A stretch of 64,000 nucleotides of DNA, from NCBI GenBank assembly GCA_023420895.1, contig JAEZUY010000021.1, positions 3,411 to 67,410 on the forward strand. The letters run 5' to 3'. Origin of the DNA: Bacillota bacterium (GTDB lineage: Bacteria > Bacillota > Clostridia > Tissierellales > Gottschalkiaceae). The notes below the pieces were generated by a model. The model worked only from the letters and a program-made list of their open reading frames with translations, did not search any database and had not been told where the DNA came from. Position 1 is the first letter of the stretch; the number at the start of each line of letters is the position of its first letter. Shown in pieces: positions 8,596 through 18,648 of this stretch. The translations under genes were made by a program, and so were the position numbers.

Positions 8596-9606
8596 CTAGA
8601 TAAGTTCCCTGATATTTTTATCTTTAAGCATTTCTGTAAGAAGCTTAACGCTTTCTTCAAGGTCTTCTTTATATACAGTTTCAACCGCTGAATGTATATA
8701 TCTTGCCGGAACTGAAACTACTCCGGCCATAACTCCAGCTCTGCTCAGCTGCATAGCCGCCGAATCTGTTGCACCGTATTCAAGTATTTCAAGCTGATAT
8801 TTTATCCCCTTTTCTTCTGCAAGCTCCTTCATGTATTTCTTCATCTTAGGATCGACCACTATTCCCCTGTCTTTGACTTTTACAGCCGCTCCTTCTCCGA
8901 GTTTCACTGCGAAAGCTTCGTCATCAGGAGTGTCTCCGCTTCCTGTAACGTCTACAGCTATTCCTATATCTGGCGCTATTCCGAAAGCCGCAGTAGCAGC
9001 TCCTCTCAGGCCTAATTCTTCCTGAACAGTGAAAACTACGTATATATCGTTATCAGATTTCTCTTCTTTTAAGTTTTTCATAGCTTCTATAGCCATATAG
9101 CATCCTATTCTGTTGTCTATGCAGCTTGAAACTATTCTTCTGCTGTCTTCAGAGAATGTGTTCATATAAGTGCACATGTCTCCTATAGAAACTATTTTTT
9201 CAGCTTCTTCCCTGTCTTTAGCTCCAATATCTATAAACATGTCTGAAAGCTTCATTTTCGCCATTTCAGCTTTTCCGTTCTTAGAAATGACTCCTACAGT
9301 TCCGTCTTTGAATACGACTCTCTGGTGAAGAGAATTATAAGGACTGACTCCTCCGATATTAGTGAATCTCAGATATCCTTCTTTCTCTATCTTAGTCACC
9401 ATAAATCCTATCTGGTCCATATGAGCCGCAACCATTATCTTAGGTCCGTCTCCTTTTATTCTGCATATGAGATTTCCGAGATTGTCCGTTCTTATCTCAT
9501 CTGCAAGATCTTTCACTTCTTCTTTTATAAATTCTCTGATTCCGTCCTCGTCTCCTGAAGGCGAATGGACAGATACTAAATTTTTAAACAGTTCGCTGTT
9601 AACCAT
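8596..9606 (-). CDS. M42 family aminopeptidase, ligands intact
   Basis: Motifs AHMDQIG, DNR, QEELG, VDVT, YIHS. Confidence 0.93.
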   Translation of the reverse strand: MVNSELFKNLVSVHSPSGDEDGIREFIKEEVKDLADEIRTDNLGNLICRIKGDGPKIMVAAHMDQIGFMVTKIEKEGYLRFTNIGGVSPYNSLHQRVVFKDGTVGVISKNGKAEMAKMKLSDMFIDIGAKDREEAEKIVSIGDMCTYMNTFSEDSRRIVSSCIDNRIGCYMAIEAMKNLKEEKSDNDIYVVFTVQEELGLRGAATAAFGIAPDIGIAVDVTGSGDTPDDEAFAVKLGEGAAVKVKDRGIVVDPKMKKYMKELAEEKGIKYQLEILEYGATDSAAMQLSRAGVMAGVVSVPARYIHSAVETVYKEDLEESVKLLTEMLKDKNIRELI

Positions 9607-10599
9607 CTATTTTTCTCCTCCCAGTTCAGATATTATTGCGTTTAAAAGTTTCTTTGCTGCTTCTATATCTTTAGAAGACATCAGATTCACAGGAGTGTAT
9701 GCGTATTTGCAAGGCACTGAAAGTTTCATGACTTTGCTTCCTTCCGCCGCAATCTGATAAAGATCAGCTCCCGTTATATTCTTTTCATCTGATGCAGTCT
9801 GAATTTCTATTCCGTTTTTTTCCGCTATATCAGTGACTTTCTTTATGAAATCTCTGTCGAATACCGCACGGAGCTCTTTAACATTTACAACAGGACCTTT
9901 TCCCATCTCCGCAGTTCCTGTCTCAGTGTTTATTCCGTCCAGAACTACAGTGCAGTCAGGCTCCACTTTCGCTCCTGCAACTCTCGCTCCGAATATTCTC
10001 ACTTTGTCCATAACTGTAAAAGCTCCGTAAACTGAATATTCCGGTTCAGACTTTAAAAGTTCTATGAGCATGCTGCACGGAACTCTGCTCTCAAGCGCTT
10101 TCCCTTTTATTATATTTCCGCTGAAATCTTTAGTTTCGCTCCATATGCTCACATAGTCTCCGACTTTTACATGCTTTTCAGCATCTTCTTTGTTTTTTGC
10201 TCCGATATCTATATAAAGCTGATTTACAGAAAGCGCCTTCTTTCTCTCATCAGCTTTCTGAAGGTGTATAGGCTTTGCTCCTATGACTCCTGTCAGACCG
10301 TCTTTTCCTATTTTGACTATTTTAGAAACGAGTATTCTCTCATCGAAAGCTCCCGCTTTAGTAAATTTGAGAGTTCCGTCGCTGTTTATCTTAGTGATTA
10401 TTCCTCCGATTTCATCCATAGCCGCAGACACGAGGATTTTCTTTCCGTCTTTCCTGCCTTTTTTAAAGACGATTACATTTCCGAGGCTGTCGCATTCTAT
10501 GCTGTCTACATGGCCTTCAAGCTCCTGTCTGACTATATCTCTGACTTCTTTTTCCTGACCTGAAACTGCAGAGGCTTCTATAAGTTTTCTTAATAGCAC
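9607..10599 (-). CDS. M42 family homolog with degenerate active site
   Basis: M42 scaffold retained, but AAMDEIG, ALESR, VMDKVR and YAYTP stand in place of the H/DD/EE/H ligand motifs. Confidence 0.88.
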   Translation of the reverse strand: MLLRKLIEASAVSGQEKEVRDIVRQELEGHVDSIECDSLGNVIVFKKGRKDGKKILVSAAMDEIGGIITKINSDGTLKFTKAGAFDERILVSKIVKIGKDGLTGVIGAKPIHLQKADERKKALSVNQLYIDIGAKNKEDAEKHVKVGDYVSIWSETKDFSGNIIKGKALESRVPCSMLIELLKSEPEYSVYGAFTVMDKVRIFGARVAGAKVEPDCTVVLDGINTETGTAEMGKGPVVNVKELRAVFDRDFIKKVTDIAEKNGIEIQTASDEKNITGADLYQIAAEGSKVMKLSVPCKYAYTPVNLMSSKDIEAAKKLLNAIISELGGEK

Positions 10600-11633
10600 A
10601 GTATCTCCTCCAATCCTTCATCGCTCAGCTCAGCTATGAATCTCGCTATAAGCTGTCCTGTAGAAACTACGTCTTTCTCGCAGATAGTCTCTGTAGATGT
10701 GTGCATATATCTAAGAGGCACTGAAAGAAGCATAGTAGGTATTCCCTGGCGGGTTATCTGAATAGATCTCGCATCAGTTCCAGTCGGTCCTGCCGTAATC
10801 TCCACCTGATACGGAATATTGTACTCTCCCGCTTTTTTCATCAGAAGCTCTCTCATTCCGTGATGTATATTTCCTCCTAAAGTGAATCTCGCGCCTTTTC
10901 CCATTTCAACGCTGTCCTCTTCAGGAAGCTCCTGAGTTCTTCCGAAAGTGACATCTATTGCTATCGCAAGATCCGGATTTATTCCGAATGCTCCTGTAGC
11001 CGCTCCTCTCGTTCCGACTTCTTCTTCAACAGAAGCCACGAAAACCACGTCTAAATCGTGAGCATATTTTTTAAGCTCTTCTCCTGCAACCAGAAGCGAG
11101 CCTATGCATGCTCTGTCGTCGAAAGTCTTCCCGCTTAAAAATCCGTTCTGAAGCTCTACAGCTTTTCTGTCTATAGTTATAGGGTCTCCTATATCTACAA
11201 GTTTTTCAGCTTCTTCTTTTTCAATTCCCATATCTATTCTCAAATCCGGAATCATAACGGCTTTTCCGTCGTTAACGCTGTATTTTTCAGGCACTATTAT
11301 TCCGTTCAGCTTTCCTCCGTCTGTATGAACTATTACGTCCTGATATATAAGTGTTCTAGGATCGAATCCTCCGAGTGTGGAGAATCTCAGTCTTCCGTCT
11401 TTATCTATATTGCTCGCCATAAGTCCTATCTCGTCCATATGGGCCATGAGCATTATCTTCTTCCCGCTTCCGTTTCCTTTCTTCACAGCTATTACGTTTC
11501 CCATAGTGTCCTGAGTTATATCTTCTGCGAATTCTGAAAAGAACTCTTTCACAAGTTCGGACACTTCAAGGTCTTCATAGCCTGAAACTCCTGAAGCGTT
11601 GCTAAGAGCTTTAAGTTTTTCTTTTAGCTCCAC
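10590..11633 (-). CDS. M42 family aminopeptidase, ligands intact
   Basis: Motifs AHMDEIG, FDDR, EEEVG, IDVT, YMHT. Confidence 0.93.
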   Translation of the reverse strand: MELKEKLKALSNASGVSGYEDLEVSELVKEFFSEFAEDITQDTMGNVIAVKKGNGSGKKIMLMAHMDEIGLMASNIDKDGRLRFSTLGGFDPRTLIYQDVIVHTDGGKLNGIIVPEKYSVNDGKAVMIPDLRIDMGIEKEEAEKLVDIGDPITIDRKAVELQNGFLSGKTFDDRACIGSLLVAGEELKKYAHDLDVVFVASVEEEVGTRGAATGAFGINPDLAIAIDVTFGRTQELPEEDSVEMGKGARFTLGGNIHHGMRELLMKKAGEYNIPYQVEITAGPTGTDARSIQITRQGIPTMLLSVPLRYMHTSTETICEKDVVSTGQLIARFIAELSDEGLEEILCY

Positions 11634-11675
11634 AAAAATCCCTCCATTTATGAATTTTTATTTTAAAAATATAAT

Positions 11676-12506
11676 CTATATAGCTTTAAGTTTTTCAACT
11701 GTCTCTTTTATTATCCAGTCAGGAGTCGATGCTCCCGCAGTAACTCCCACAGTACTGTACTTTTTAAATTCTTCCTCGTCTATCTCTTTCGCCTCTTCTA
11801 TATGGTAGACATTGTCGCAGTTCTCTCTGCTTATCTCGGCAAGCTTCTTCGTGTTCGAGCTCTTTCTGCCGCCTATTACCACCATAGCGTCCACGTTTTT
11901 AGAAACCTCTCCGCATGAGTCCTGTCTTACTCTTGTAGCGCTGCATATAGTGTTGAAAACTGTCAGGTCTTTTATATATTTCTTAAGCTCAATTACGAGT
12001 CTGTCGAATTTTTCCTCAATCATCGTAGTCTGAACCATGACACATGCCGATTCCATAGGTTTAAGCCTCTGAATATCTTCCACGCTGTTCACTATATAGG
12101 CATCGTTGTTGCACCATCCGTTTATTCCTATTATCTCAGGATGGTTTCTGTCTCCGACTATTATTATATTCGATCCCGCTTCGTAGCATCCTCTTGCTTT
12201 CTTCTGAAGATTTCTCACAAACGGGCATGTGCAGTCGATTATATTGTTTCCTCTCTCTTCAGCAATATCATAAACTGAAAGAGGAACTCCGTGAGATCTT
12301 ATTATGAGATTTTTATTCTCCGCCTCATCAGGACTGTCCACCACTGTAAGCCCTTTATCTGCAAGATAGTCGACTACCTGGTCGTTGTGAATTAAAGGTC
12401 CCAGAGAATATACATCGCTTTTCTCTTCAAGACTTTTCACAGTAGTGTCTATAGCTTTTTCAACTCCGAAACAGAATCCTGCGTTTTTAGCTATTATAAC
12501 TTCCAT
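11676..12506 (-). CDS. ispH: 4-hydroxy-3-methylbut-2-enyl diphosphate reductase
   Basis: Motifs AGFCFGV, IHN, TCPFV, TICSAT, SSNT, TAGASTP. Confidence 0.97.
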   Translation of the reverse strand: MEVIIAKNAGFCFGVEKAIDTTVKSLEEKSDVYSLGPLIHNDQVVDYLADKGLTVVDSPDEAENKNLIIRSHGVPLSVYDIAEERGNNIIDCTCPFVRNLQKKARGCYEAGSNIIIVGDRNHPEIIGINGWCNNDAYIVNSVEDIQRLKPMESACVMVQTTMIEEKFDRLVIELKKYIKDLTVFNTICSATRVRQDSCGEVSKNVDAMVVIGGRKSSNTKKLAEISRENCDNVYHIEEAKEIDEEEFKKYSTVGVTAGASTPDWIIKETVEKLKAI

Positions 12507-12516
12507 CAGTACACCC

Positions 12517-13176
12517 CTATTTCTTTTCTGAGTTTTCTTTATCTTCCTGTATTTCTGATTCTTCTAAATCTTCCTCATCAGAATCAGATTTTTCTGCGCC
12601 GTATATCTTTCTCAGAACGTCTTTTGCAAGCTCGCTGTACTCTTCAGCGCTCACTTTTTTTCCGTAGTATTCATCGTAATAAATCGGCTCTCTTATCGTT
12701 ATTCTGAGCGGCTTTAAAAGCTTATAGTCCGACTCTATATAAACGGGTATTATCGGAACTTTCGCTTTTATCGCAAACATTACGACACCGCTTTTTGCCT
12801 TTGAAAGATCCATTTCAGGCGTTCTCGTTCCTTCCGGAAATATTCCGAGAACTCCTCCGTCTTTAAGAATTTTAAGAGCCGTTTTTATGGCTTTAAGGTC
12901 GTTTCCCTCTCTGTCGACGGGAAAAGCTCCAAGACTGCTTATGAGTCTGCTGAATTTCGGATTTTCAAAAAGCTCCTTTTTAGCCATGAAATTTACTTTT
13001 CTTCTGCATGTAAGTATAGCAAGAGCGATAGGATCGTAATAGCTCGTGTGATTCGAGCAGAGAATCGCTCCTCCAGTTTCCGGAATATTCTCTCTCCCTT
13101 TTACACTCACGCCGAACATCAGTCTGTAAAGATTTCCTGTCACGGCATGGGCTACATCATAAAATGTTATTGCCAT
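12517..13176 (-). CDS. plsC: 1-acyl-sn-glycerol-3-phosphate acyltransferase
   Basis: Motifs NHTSYYD and FPEGTR; cmk-plsC-ispH synteny. Confidence 0.93.
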   Translation of the reverse strand: MAITFYDVAHAVTGNLYRLMFGVSVKGRENIPETGGAILCSNHTSYYDPIALAILTCRRKVNFMAKKELFENPKFSRLISSLGAFPVDREGNDLKAIKTALKILKDGGVLGIFPEGTRTPEMDLSKAKSGVVMFAIKAKVPIIPVYIESDYKLLKPLRITIREPIYYDEYYGKKVSAEEYSELAKDVLRKIYGAEKSDSDEEDLEESEIQEDKENSEKK

Positions 13177-13202
13177 TATCTCCATTCTCCTGTCTATCTA
13201 AT

Positions 13203-13868
13203 TTATTCAGATTTTTCATTTTTCTCAATGAAATCTATAATATACTGTATTACTTCATCTGTATCCATATCAGTAGTGTCGACTTCATGGGCGTCTTCGG
13301 CCTTTTTCAGAGGAGAAATCTCTCTGTTTCTGTCTTTCTCGTCTCTTATTCTTATATCTTCTCTTATCTCTTCATAAGAAAGTCCTCTGTCTTTGATTTC
13401 CTCGTATCTTCTTCTTGCTCTCTCGTCTAAAGATGCGTTCAGGAAGAATTTGTACTTGGCGTTTACAAGAACGTTCGTTCCTATATCCCTTCCGTCCATT
13501 ATCACAGACTTGTTCTCAGCTATTTTTCTCTGATTGTCTACGAGTTTTTCTCTGACAGCGCCTATTGAAGACACGTCTGAAACATTTTCTGTTACCTCGT
13601 TTTCTCTTATCTCCCTGTCGACTTCTTTTCCGTCAAGATATATATGTCCTTCTGAAAAATCTATCTCTGTGCTGTCTAAAAGCTCCTTCAGGCTCTCTTC
13701 ATTTCTTATATCTATTCCGCTTCTCAGAACTTTGAGTGTGAAAGCTCTGTACATCGCTCCCGTATCTATATATTCTATCCCCAGCTTTTTTGCTATGACT
13801 TTTGACACAGTGCTCTTTCCCGCACCTGCCGGTCCGTCTACTGCAACTGCAAATTTCTTCTGTTTCAA
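13203..13868 (-). CDS. cmk: cytidylate kinase
   Basis: Motifs DGPAGAGKST, DTGAMYRA, MDGRDIGT. TTG at 13868 follows AAGGAGG. Confidence 0.97.
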   Translation of the reverse strand: MKQKKFAVAVDGPAGAGKSTVSKVIAKKLGIEYIDTGAMYRAFTLKVLRSGIDIRNEESLKELLDSTEIDFSEGHIYLDGKEVDREIRENEVTENVSDVSSIGAVREKLVDNQRKIAENKSVIMDGRDIGTNVLVNAKYKFFLNASLDERARRRYEEIKDRGLSYEEIREDIRIRDEKDRNREISPLKKAEDAHEVDTTDMDTDEVIQYIIDFIEKNEKSE

Positions 13869-13962
13869 ACTTTTCCCTCCTTGCTTCAATTACATAATTC
13901 TGGCTGTTTTAATCTGTCTGCTTTAAAATGTTCTGAACTTTTTTATATATTCAGAACCCGTA

Positions 13963-15198
13963 CTAGCAGCTGTTCCCTGCGAGATATCCTGTTGAATAGG
14001 CTATCTGCAGATTGTATCCCCCTGTTTCTGCATGAAGATCCAGCACTTCTCCTGCAAAATAGAGGTTTTTGACTATCTTCGACTCCATAGTCGAAGGATC
14101 CACTTCAAGCGTATCGACTCCGCCCGATGTCACTATTGCCTCTGTGACAGGTCTGAATCCCTTAAACGTCATTCTGAAATTCTTTATAAGGTTTATCAGA
14201 TTCTGTCTCTCTTCCTTCGTTATCTGGTTTACAAATTTATCTTCCGGTATTCCGCTCAGTTTCACGATTACAGGAATCAGTTTTGAAGGAAAAAGGTCGT
14301 CTAAAGAATTTTTAAACTGCTTCTTTGAATATTTCTCAAAATCTTTTATAATTCTGTTCTTCAGCTTGTCGTAGTCAAGCGCCGGTTTCAAGTCGATATA
14401 TATATCTATTTTTTTATTCTCTATTCTGTTTATATAGTTGCTCATAGAGAGAACTATAGGTCCTGATATTCCGTAATGAGTGAATATCATCTCTCCGAAA
14501 TCCTCATACACTTTTTTCTTTCCTGTATAGGCTTTTATCTTCACATTTCTAAGTGAAAGCCCCTGAAGCTCTTTTACGAAACTTTCTTTTATCTCGCACG
14601 GAACGAGTGCCGGTTTTATCTTCACTATTTTATGGCCCAGCTTTTCTGCAAATCTGTATCCGTCTCCTGTAGATCCTGTGGAAGGATAAGATGCTCCTCC
14701 TGTCGTTATTATTACAGAATCGAATATTTCAGTCTGAGTTCTTCCGCCGCTCTTTCTGAACGAAATGCTGAACTTTCCGTCTTTTTCGAGATTTATATCT
14801 TTTACTTCATTTTCAAGTCTAAGATTTACTCCTTTGTCGTCTATGAATCTTCTGAAAGCTTTTATAACGTCGCTGGATTTATCGGATGCAGGAAAAACTC
14901 TGCTCCCTCTTTCCACTTTCGTTTTAACTCCGTAAGATTCTATCAGATTTATTATATCCTCGTTTGTAAATGAATAGAATCCGCTGTACATGAAACTTCC
15001 GTTCACTGAAATTCTTTCTATGAGCTCTTCTATATCTGCCGCATTCGTTATATTGCATCTGCCTTTTCCTGTTATGAAAAGTTTCTTTCCTATCTTTTCA
15101 TTTTTCTCAAAAAGTACCGTTTCATTCCCCTTCATAGATGAATATGCAGATGCTGTAAGTCCTGCAGGTCCTGCTCCTATAACTGCTGTTCTTCTCAA
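13963..15198 (-). CDS. HI0933/YhiN family flavoprotein
   Basis: Motifs GAGPAG, TGKGRCNITN, TGSTGDG, FTHYGISGP, TGGYNLQ. Confidence 0.95.
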   Translation of the reverse strand: MRRTAVIGAGPAGLTASAYSSMKGNETVLFEKNEKIGKKLFITGKGRCNITNAADIEELIERISVNGSFMYSGFYSFTNEDIINLIESYGVKTKVERGSRVFPASDKSSDVIKAFRRFIDDKGVNLRLENEVKDINLEKDGKFSISFRKSGGRTQTEIFDSVIITTGGASYPSTGSTGDGYRFAEKLGHKIVKIKPALVPCEIKESFVKELQGLSLRNVKIKAYTGKKKVYEDFGEMIFTHYGISGPIVLSMSNYINRIENKKIDIYIDLKPALDYDKLKNRIIKDFEKYSKKQFKNSLDDLFPSKLIPVIVKLSGIPEDKFVNQITKEERQNLINLIKNFRMTFKGFRPVTEAIVTSGGVDTLEVDPSTMESKIVKNLYFAGEVLDLHAETGGYNLQIAYSTGYLAGNSC

Positions 15199-15262
15199 TT
15201 TCTCATCTCCCCGTCAAACTGCTGAAATTGTACTGCTCCTTGGAAATAATATATTTCTGTCA

Positions 15263-15877
15263 TTAGTCCAGAGCGTCGAGATGCGAATAGTCGTCGTAAA
15301 ATCTGACTATTGTGTTGTAGTCTCCTCTTTCTATAAGGGAAAGACCTGTATTTGCCATGACCATATTTTTATAGACTGAATTTTCAAGTTCCAGAAGTCC
15401 TATTATCAGACATTTAAGTGCAGAACCGTGAGAAACTATCAGTATATTCTCGCATCCGTCTTTTTCTGCAACTCTCTTCAGACCTTTCAGCATTCTCTTC
15501 TTTCCGTTCTCTATACCTTCAAATCCTTCAACATCGAATTTATGAGGACTTTTTTTCCACAGATTGAACTCTTCTTTATATTTTGTCTTTATTATATCGA
15601 AATCCACTCCCTGCCAGACTCCGAATGAAAGCTCAATAAATTCCGGAACGACTTCAACTTCGACTCCGTGCTCTTTTCCTATTATCTCGGCTGTTTCTCT
15701 GGCTCTTGCGAGTTCGCTCGTATATATCTTGTCTATCTTGAATTTCTTGAATCTCTTCGACACGGCCTCAGCTTCCATTATTCCCTTTTCTGAAAGGTGC
15801 GAGTCATTAGTTCCCTGAACTATTCCCGTCTTGTTTCCCTCAGACTGTCCGTGTCTCATAAGGTAAATTCTCTTCAT
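15263..15877 (-). CDS. histidine phosphatase (phosphoglycerate mutase) family protein
   Basis: Motifs RHGQS, RARETA, VSHG. Confidence 0.93.
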   Translation of the reverse strand: MKRIYLMRHGQSEGNKTGIVQGTNDSHLSEKGIMEAEAVSKRFKKFKIDKIYTSELARARETAEIIGKEHGVEVEVVPEFIELSFGVWQGVDFDIIKTKYKEEFNLWKKSPHKFDVEGFEGIENGKKRMLKGLKRVAEKDGCENILIVSHGSALKCLIIGLLELENSVYKNMVMANTGLSLIERGDYNTIVRFYDDYSHLDALD

Positions 15878-15960
15878 AAAAAGTCTCCTCTATATCTTTT
15901 GTATTAGCACAATTTAATTATAACACATACGATATCCTTATTTAATACGTTTAAAAACAA

Positions 15961-15993
15961 AAAAACTCTCCTTTCTTCCGATTGGAGAGTTTT
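15961..15993 (-). terminator. intrinsic terminator
   Basis: AAAACTCTCC/GGAGAGTTTT stem with a U-tract on the minus strand. Confidence 0.75.
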
Positions 15994-16007
15994 CTATGTC
16001 CTGCTTT

Positions 16008-17021
16008 TTAGCTGAAATTAACTGCTATTTCTTCACCTTCATCCTGTTTCAGCTTCCCTTTGTAGTTCTTATGTACAAATCTTCTGTACGAAAAGAAAGC
16101 AATTGCGATAAACAGCGCAATCCAGAATATATTTATGAACGAAGCTTTAGCCATTCCGTTCATATATAAATCAGGAACGCCGTTTACAGGCTTCATCATG
16201 TACATATTGCCTATGAAACTGTATTCCGCTATCTTAATCGGGAATATAACGCCGAGTTTTAAAATCACTACTCCGAAATATATGAGTATTGAAATCATCA
16301 GAGACGCCATCCTGTTTCTCACTACAGATGTCACAGTCATAGGAATAAGCGATGAAAACACCGGATAAGTAAGACTCAGAAGGAACATCTTGAAAAGAGA
16401 CGATTTCCATCCTGAGAGCACTATGGCTCCATCCACAAAATTTATCGCATTTCCGCTGAACGGTCCAAAATTCTTCAGACCTACAATATACATTATTATG
16501 AAATTCAGAATCCATATTACTATAGCAAATATAATTCCAGATAAAATTTTAGAGAAGAATATTTTCTTGTATCCAAAAGCTTCCATATAGTAGAAGCTTG
16601 TTCTGTCAAAACTCACAGATGCCGATACAAAAAGTATGATTATAGTAGCCATATAAAGTATATTCATATTGTTTGAATAATTGTACTCAATAAATCCCTT
16701 TACTGTATTAAAATCGGTTTTAGGCTCTATATTGTTATCAAGTCTGTATCTTATGACTTCCATATTGTTCTGAAGTTTTATTCTGTCTCTTTCTTTTTCT
16801 AAAAGATCTTTTTTCTCTGCCAGCAATCCGAGGTTGTGCTCCTCTACAGTTTTCCAGTCTAAAACAGATTCTTCTGAAGCTTTATTCGATTCTTCTATTA
16901 GTTCTCTGTAAGAGTTTGCGGAAATGACCGCATAAGAAAGAAAAACGATTACCGATATTGCCAGAGTCAGCAGGAAAATTTTGTTTCTCAATTCTTCCTG
17001 GATTAAAAAACCTATTACCAT
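16008..17021 (-). CDS. ABC-2-type permease-like membrane protein (no adjacent ATPase)
   Basis: One TM, a large extracellular loop, then about five TMs; KIFFSKI motif. Confidence 0.65.
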   Translation of the reverse strand: MVIGFLIQEELRNKIFLLTLAISVIVFLSYAVISANSYRELIEESNKASEESVLDWKTVEEHNLGLLAEKKDLLEKERDRIKLQNNMEVIRYRLDNNIEPKTDFNTVKGFIEYNYSNNMNILYMATIIILFVSASVSFDRTSFYYMEAFGYKKIFFSKILSGIIFAIVIWILNFIIMYIVGLKNFGPFSGNAINFVDGAIVLSGWKSSLFKMFLLSLTYPVFSSLIPMTVTSVVRNRMASLMISILIYFGVVILKLGVIFPIKIAEYSFIGNMYMMKPVNGVPDLYMNGMAKASFINIFWIALFIAIAFFSYRRFVHKNYKGKLKQDEGEEIAVNFS

Positions 17022-17222
17022 CACTTCCTTTTAAGTGCAGTCCCGAAAGTCCGCCAATGCTCTGCATTAAAGGCTTTCTCCGGCTTAAGCCTTTTTTAAA
17101 CCGAATTTAATCCTCTGCTGAGTGCTGTTAGATAAATTATAGCATATTATGATTATTATAGCTATTCTTTAATCTTTATACCCTTTATTTTTCAATGTAT
17201 TCAGAGGAAAAGAAGCTGAAAA

Positions 17223-18551
17223 TCAGCTTCTGTTTTTAAGTTTCCTGAATACTCCCATATAGTAAATTCCGAATATAAAAGATATGAATTCAGAAAGAGG
17301 CATAGTAAGCCATACTCCTGTTATTCCCATTATTTTCGGAAGAACTATTACGAACACTATAACTCCTATAAAAGCTCTTATCATCGATATTACGAATGAC
17401 TGAAGAGGCTGAGCCACTGAAGAAAAAAGTGTTGAAACCGCTATATTCACACCTGCAAATATGAACGATATATTGTATATTCTCATTCCTTTAAAAGTCA
17501 TGCCGTACAGTACCTGATTAGGTTCGTTCATGAACATCTTCACAAGTCCGTCTGTAAATATCAATGAGATGAGATAGAAAAATATTCCCATAAAGAGAGT
17601 CAGTCTGAACGACTTTCTGTATATCGTCAAAATATTGTCCGTATTTCTCGCCCCGTGATTTATGCTCACAAGCGGCTGTATTCCTTCTCCGGCTCCCATA
17701 AACAGACCCATTCCCACATACGAAAGATTCACTATTATGCTGTAAGCGGCAACTCCTATATTTCCTGTGATTTTCAGAAGAACATAGTTGAATGCGAACA
17801 TTGAAACTCCGTATGAAAGTTCAGCTATAAGTCCTGGAACGCCGAGAGACGCCATATCCTTTATATCTGCAAATTTCGGCTTAACCCAGCTGAATTTGAA
17901 TTTGTTTCTCTTCTGAATGAAATGAACAGCTATTATTAAAAGACTGACTATAGGGGCAAATCCCGTTGCAAAGGCGGCCCCGAACATACCCCATCCAAGC
18001 TTCATTATAAATACATAGTCCAGAATTATATTCACTATGCTTCCGGCCAGTATTGAAATCATTGCAAGTCCCGGTCTGTCATCGTTCCTCACAAAAAATA
18101 CGAATATATCTTTTATTATAAATGCCGCTGAAAATGAAATCAGGATTCTCATATAAATTCTGGCATGAGGAAGAACCTCGGCATCCGCTCCTAAGAACCG
18201 GCATAGCGGTTCTGCAAAAATGACGCATAGCGCCGAAACTATTATGGAGAATACTGCCGACACAATCATTCCCTGGCTGAATATCTCATTCGACCTTTCT
18301 CTGTCTCCTCTCCCTTTCAGTATGGAATATCTGGTTGAAGCTCCCATTCCTATCATCATTCCGAATCCGTTCACAAAGCAGTATACCGGAATTACGAGAT
18401 TGAGCGCTGTAAGCCCTATGCTGCCGACTCCCTGAGCTACGAAAAATGTATCCGCGAGAACGTAAATACAGGAGCCGAGCATGCTGAGCATATTAGTCGA
18501 AACGTATTTTCTGAAGGCTCTGTCTATATTAGAACTTAAAGTCAAGTTCAA
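17223..18551 (-). CDS. MATE family efflux transporter
   Basis: Motifs ADTFFV, NIILDYVFI..GMFGAAFAT, GIQPLVSINHGA; about 12 TMs. Confidence 0.93.
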   Translation of the reverse strand: MNLTLSSNIDRAFRKYVSTNMLSMLGSCIYVLADTFFVAQGVGSIGLTALNLVIPVYCFVNGFGMMIGMGASTRYSILKGRGDRERSNEIFSQGMIVSAVFSIIVSALCVIFAEPLCRFLGADAEVLPHARIYMRILISFSAAFIIKDIFVFFVRNDDRPGLAMISILAGSIVNIILDYVFIMKLGWGMFGAAFATGFAPIVSLLIIAVHFIQKRNKFKFSWVKPKFADIKDMASLGVPGLIAELSYGVSMFAFNYVLLKITGNIGVAAYSIIVNLSYVGMGLFMGAGEGIQPLVSINHGARNTDNILTIYRKSFRLTLFMGIFFYLISLIFTDGLVKMFMNEPNQVLYGMTFKGMRIYNISFIFAGVNIAVSTLFSSVAQPLQSFVISMIRAFIGVIVFVIVLPKIMGITGVWLTMPLSEFISFIFGIYYMGVFRKLKNRS

Positions 18552-18648
18552 ATTATCACCTCTTTTTACTGCTCTAAATGAGCTTAAAGCTCAATAATTA
18601 TTTTATCTCAGTCTGATTTTTAAAGTTTATATTTTCATTTAATTTCAG

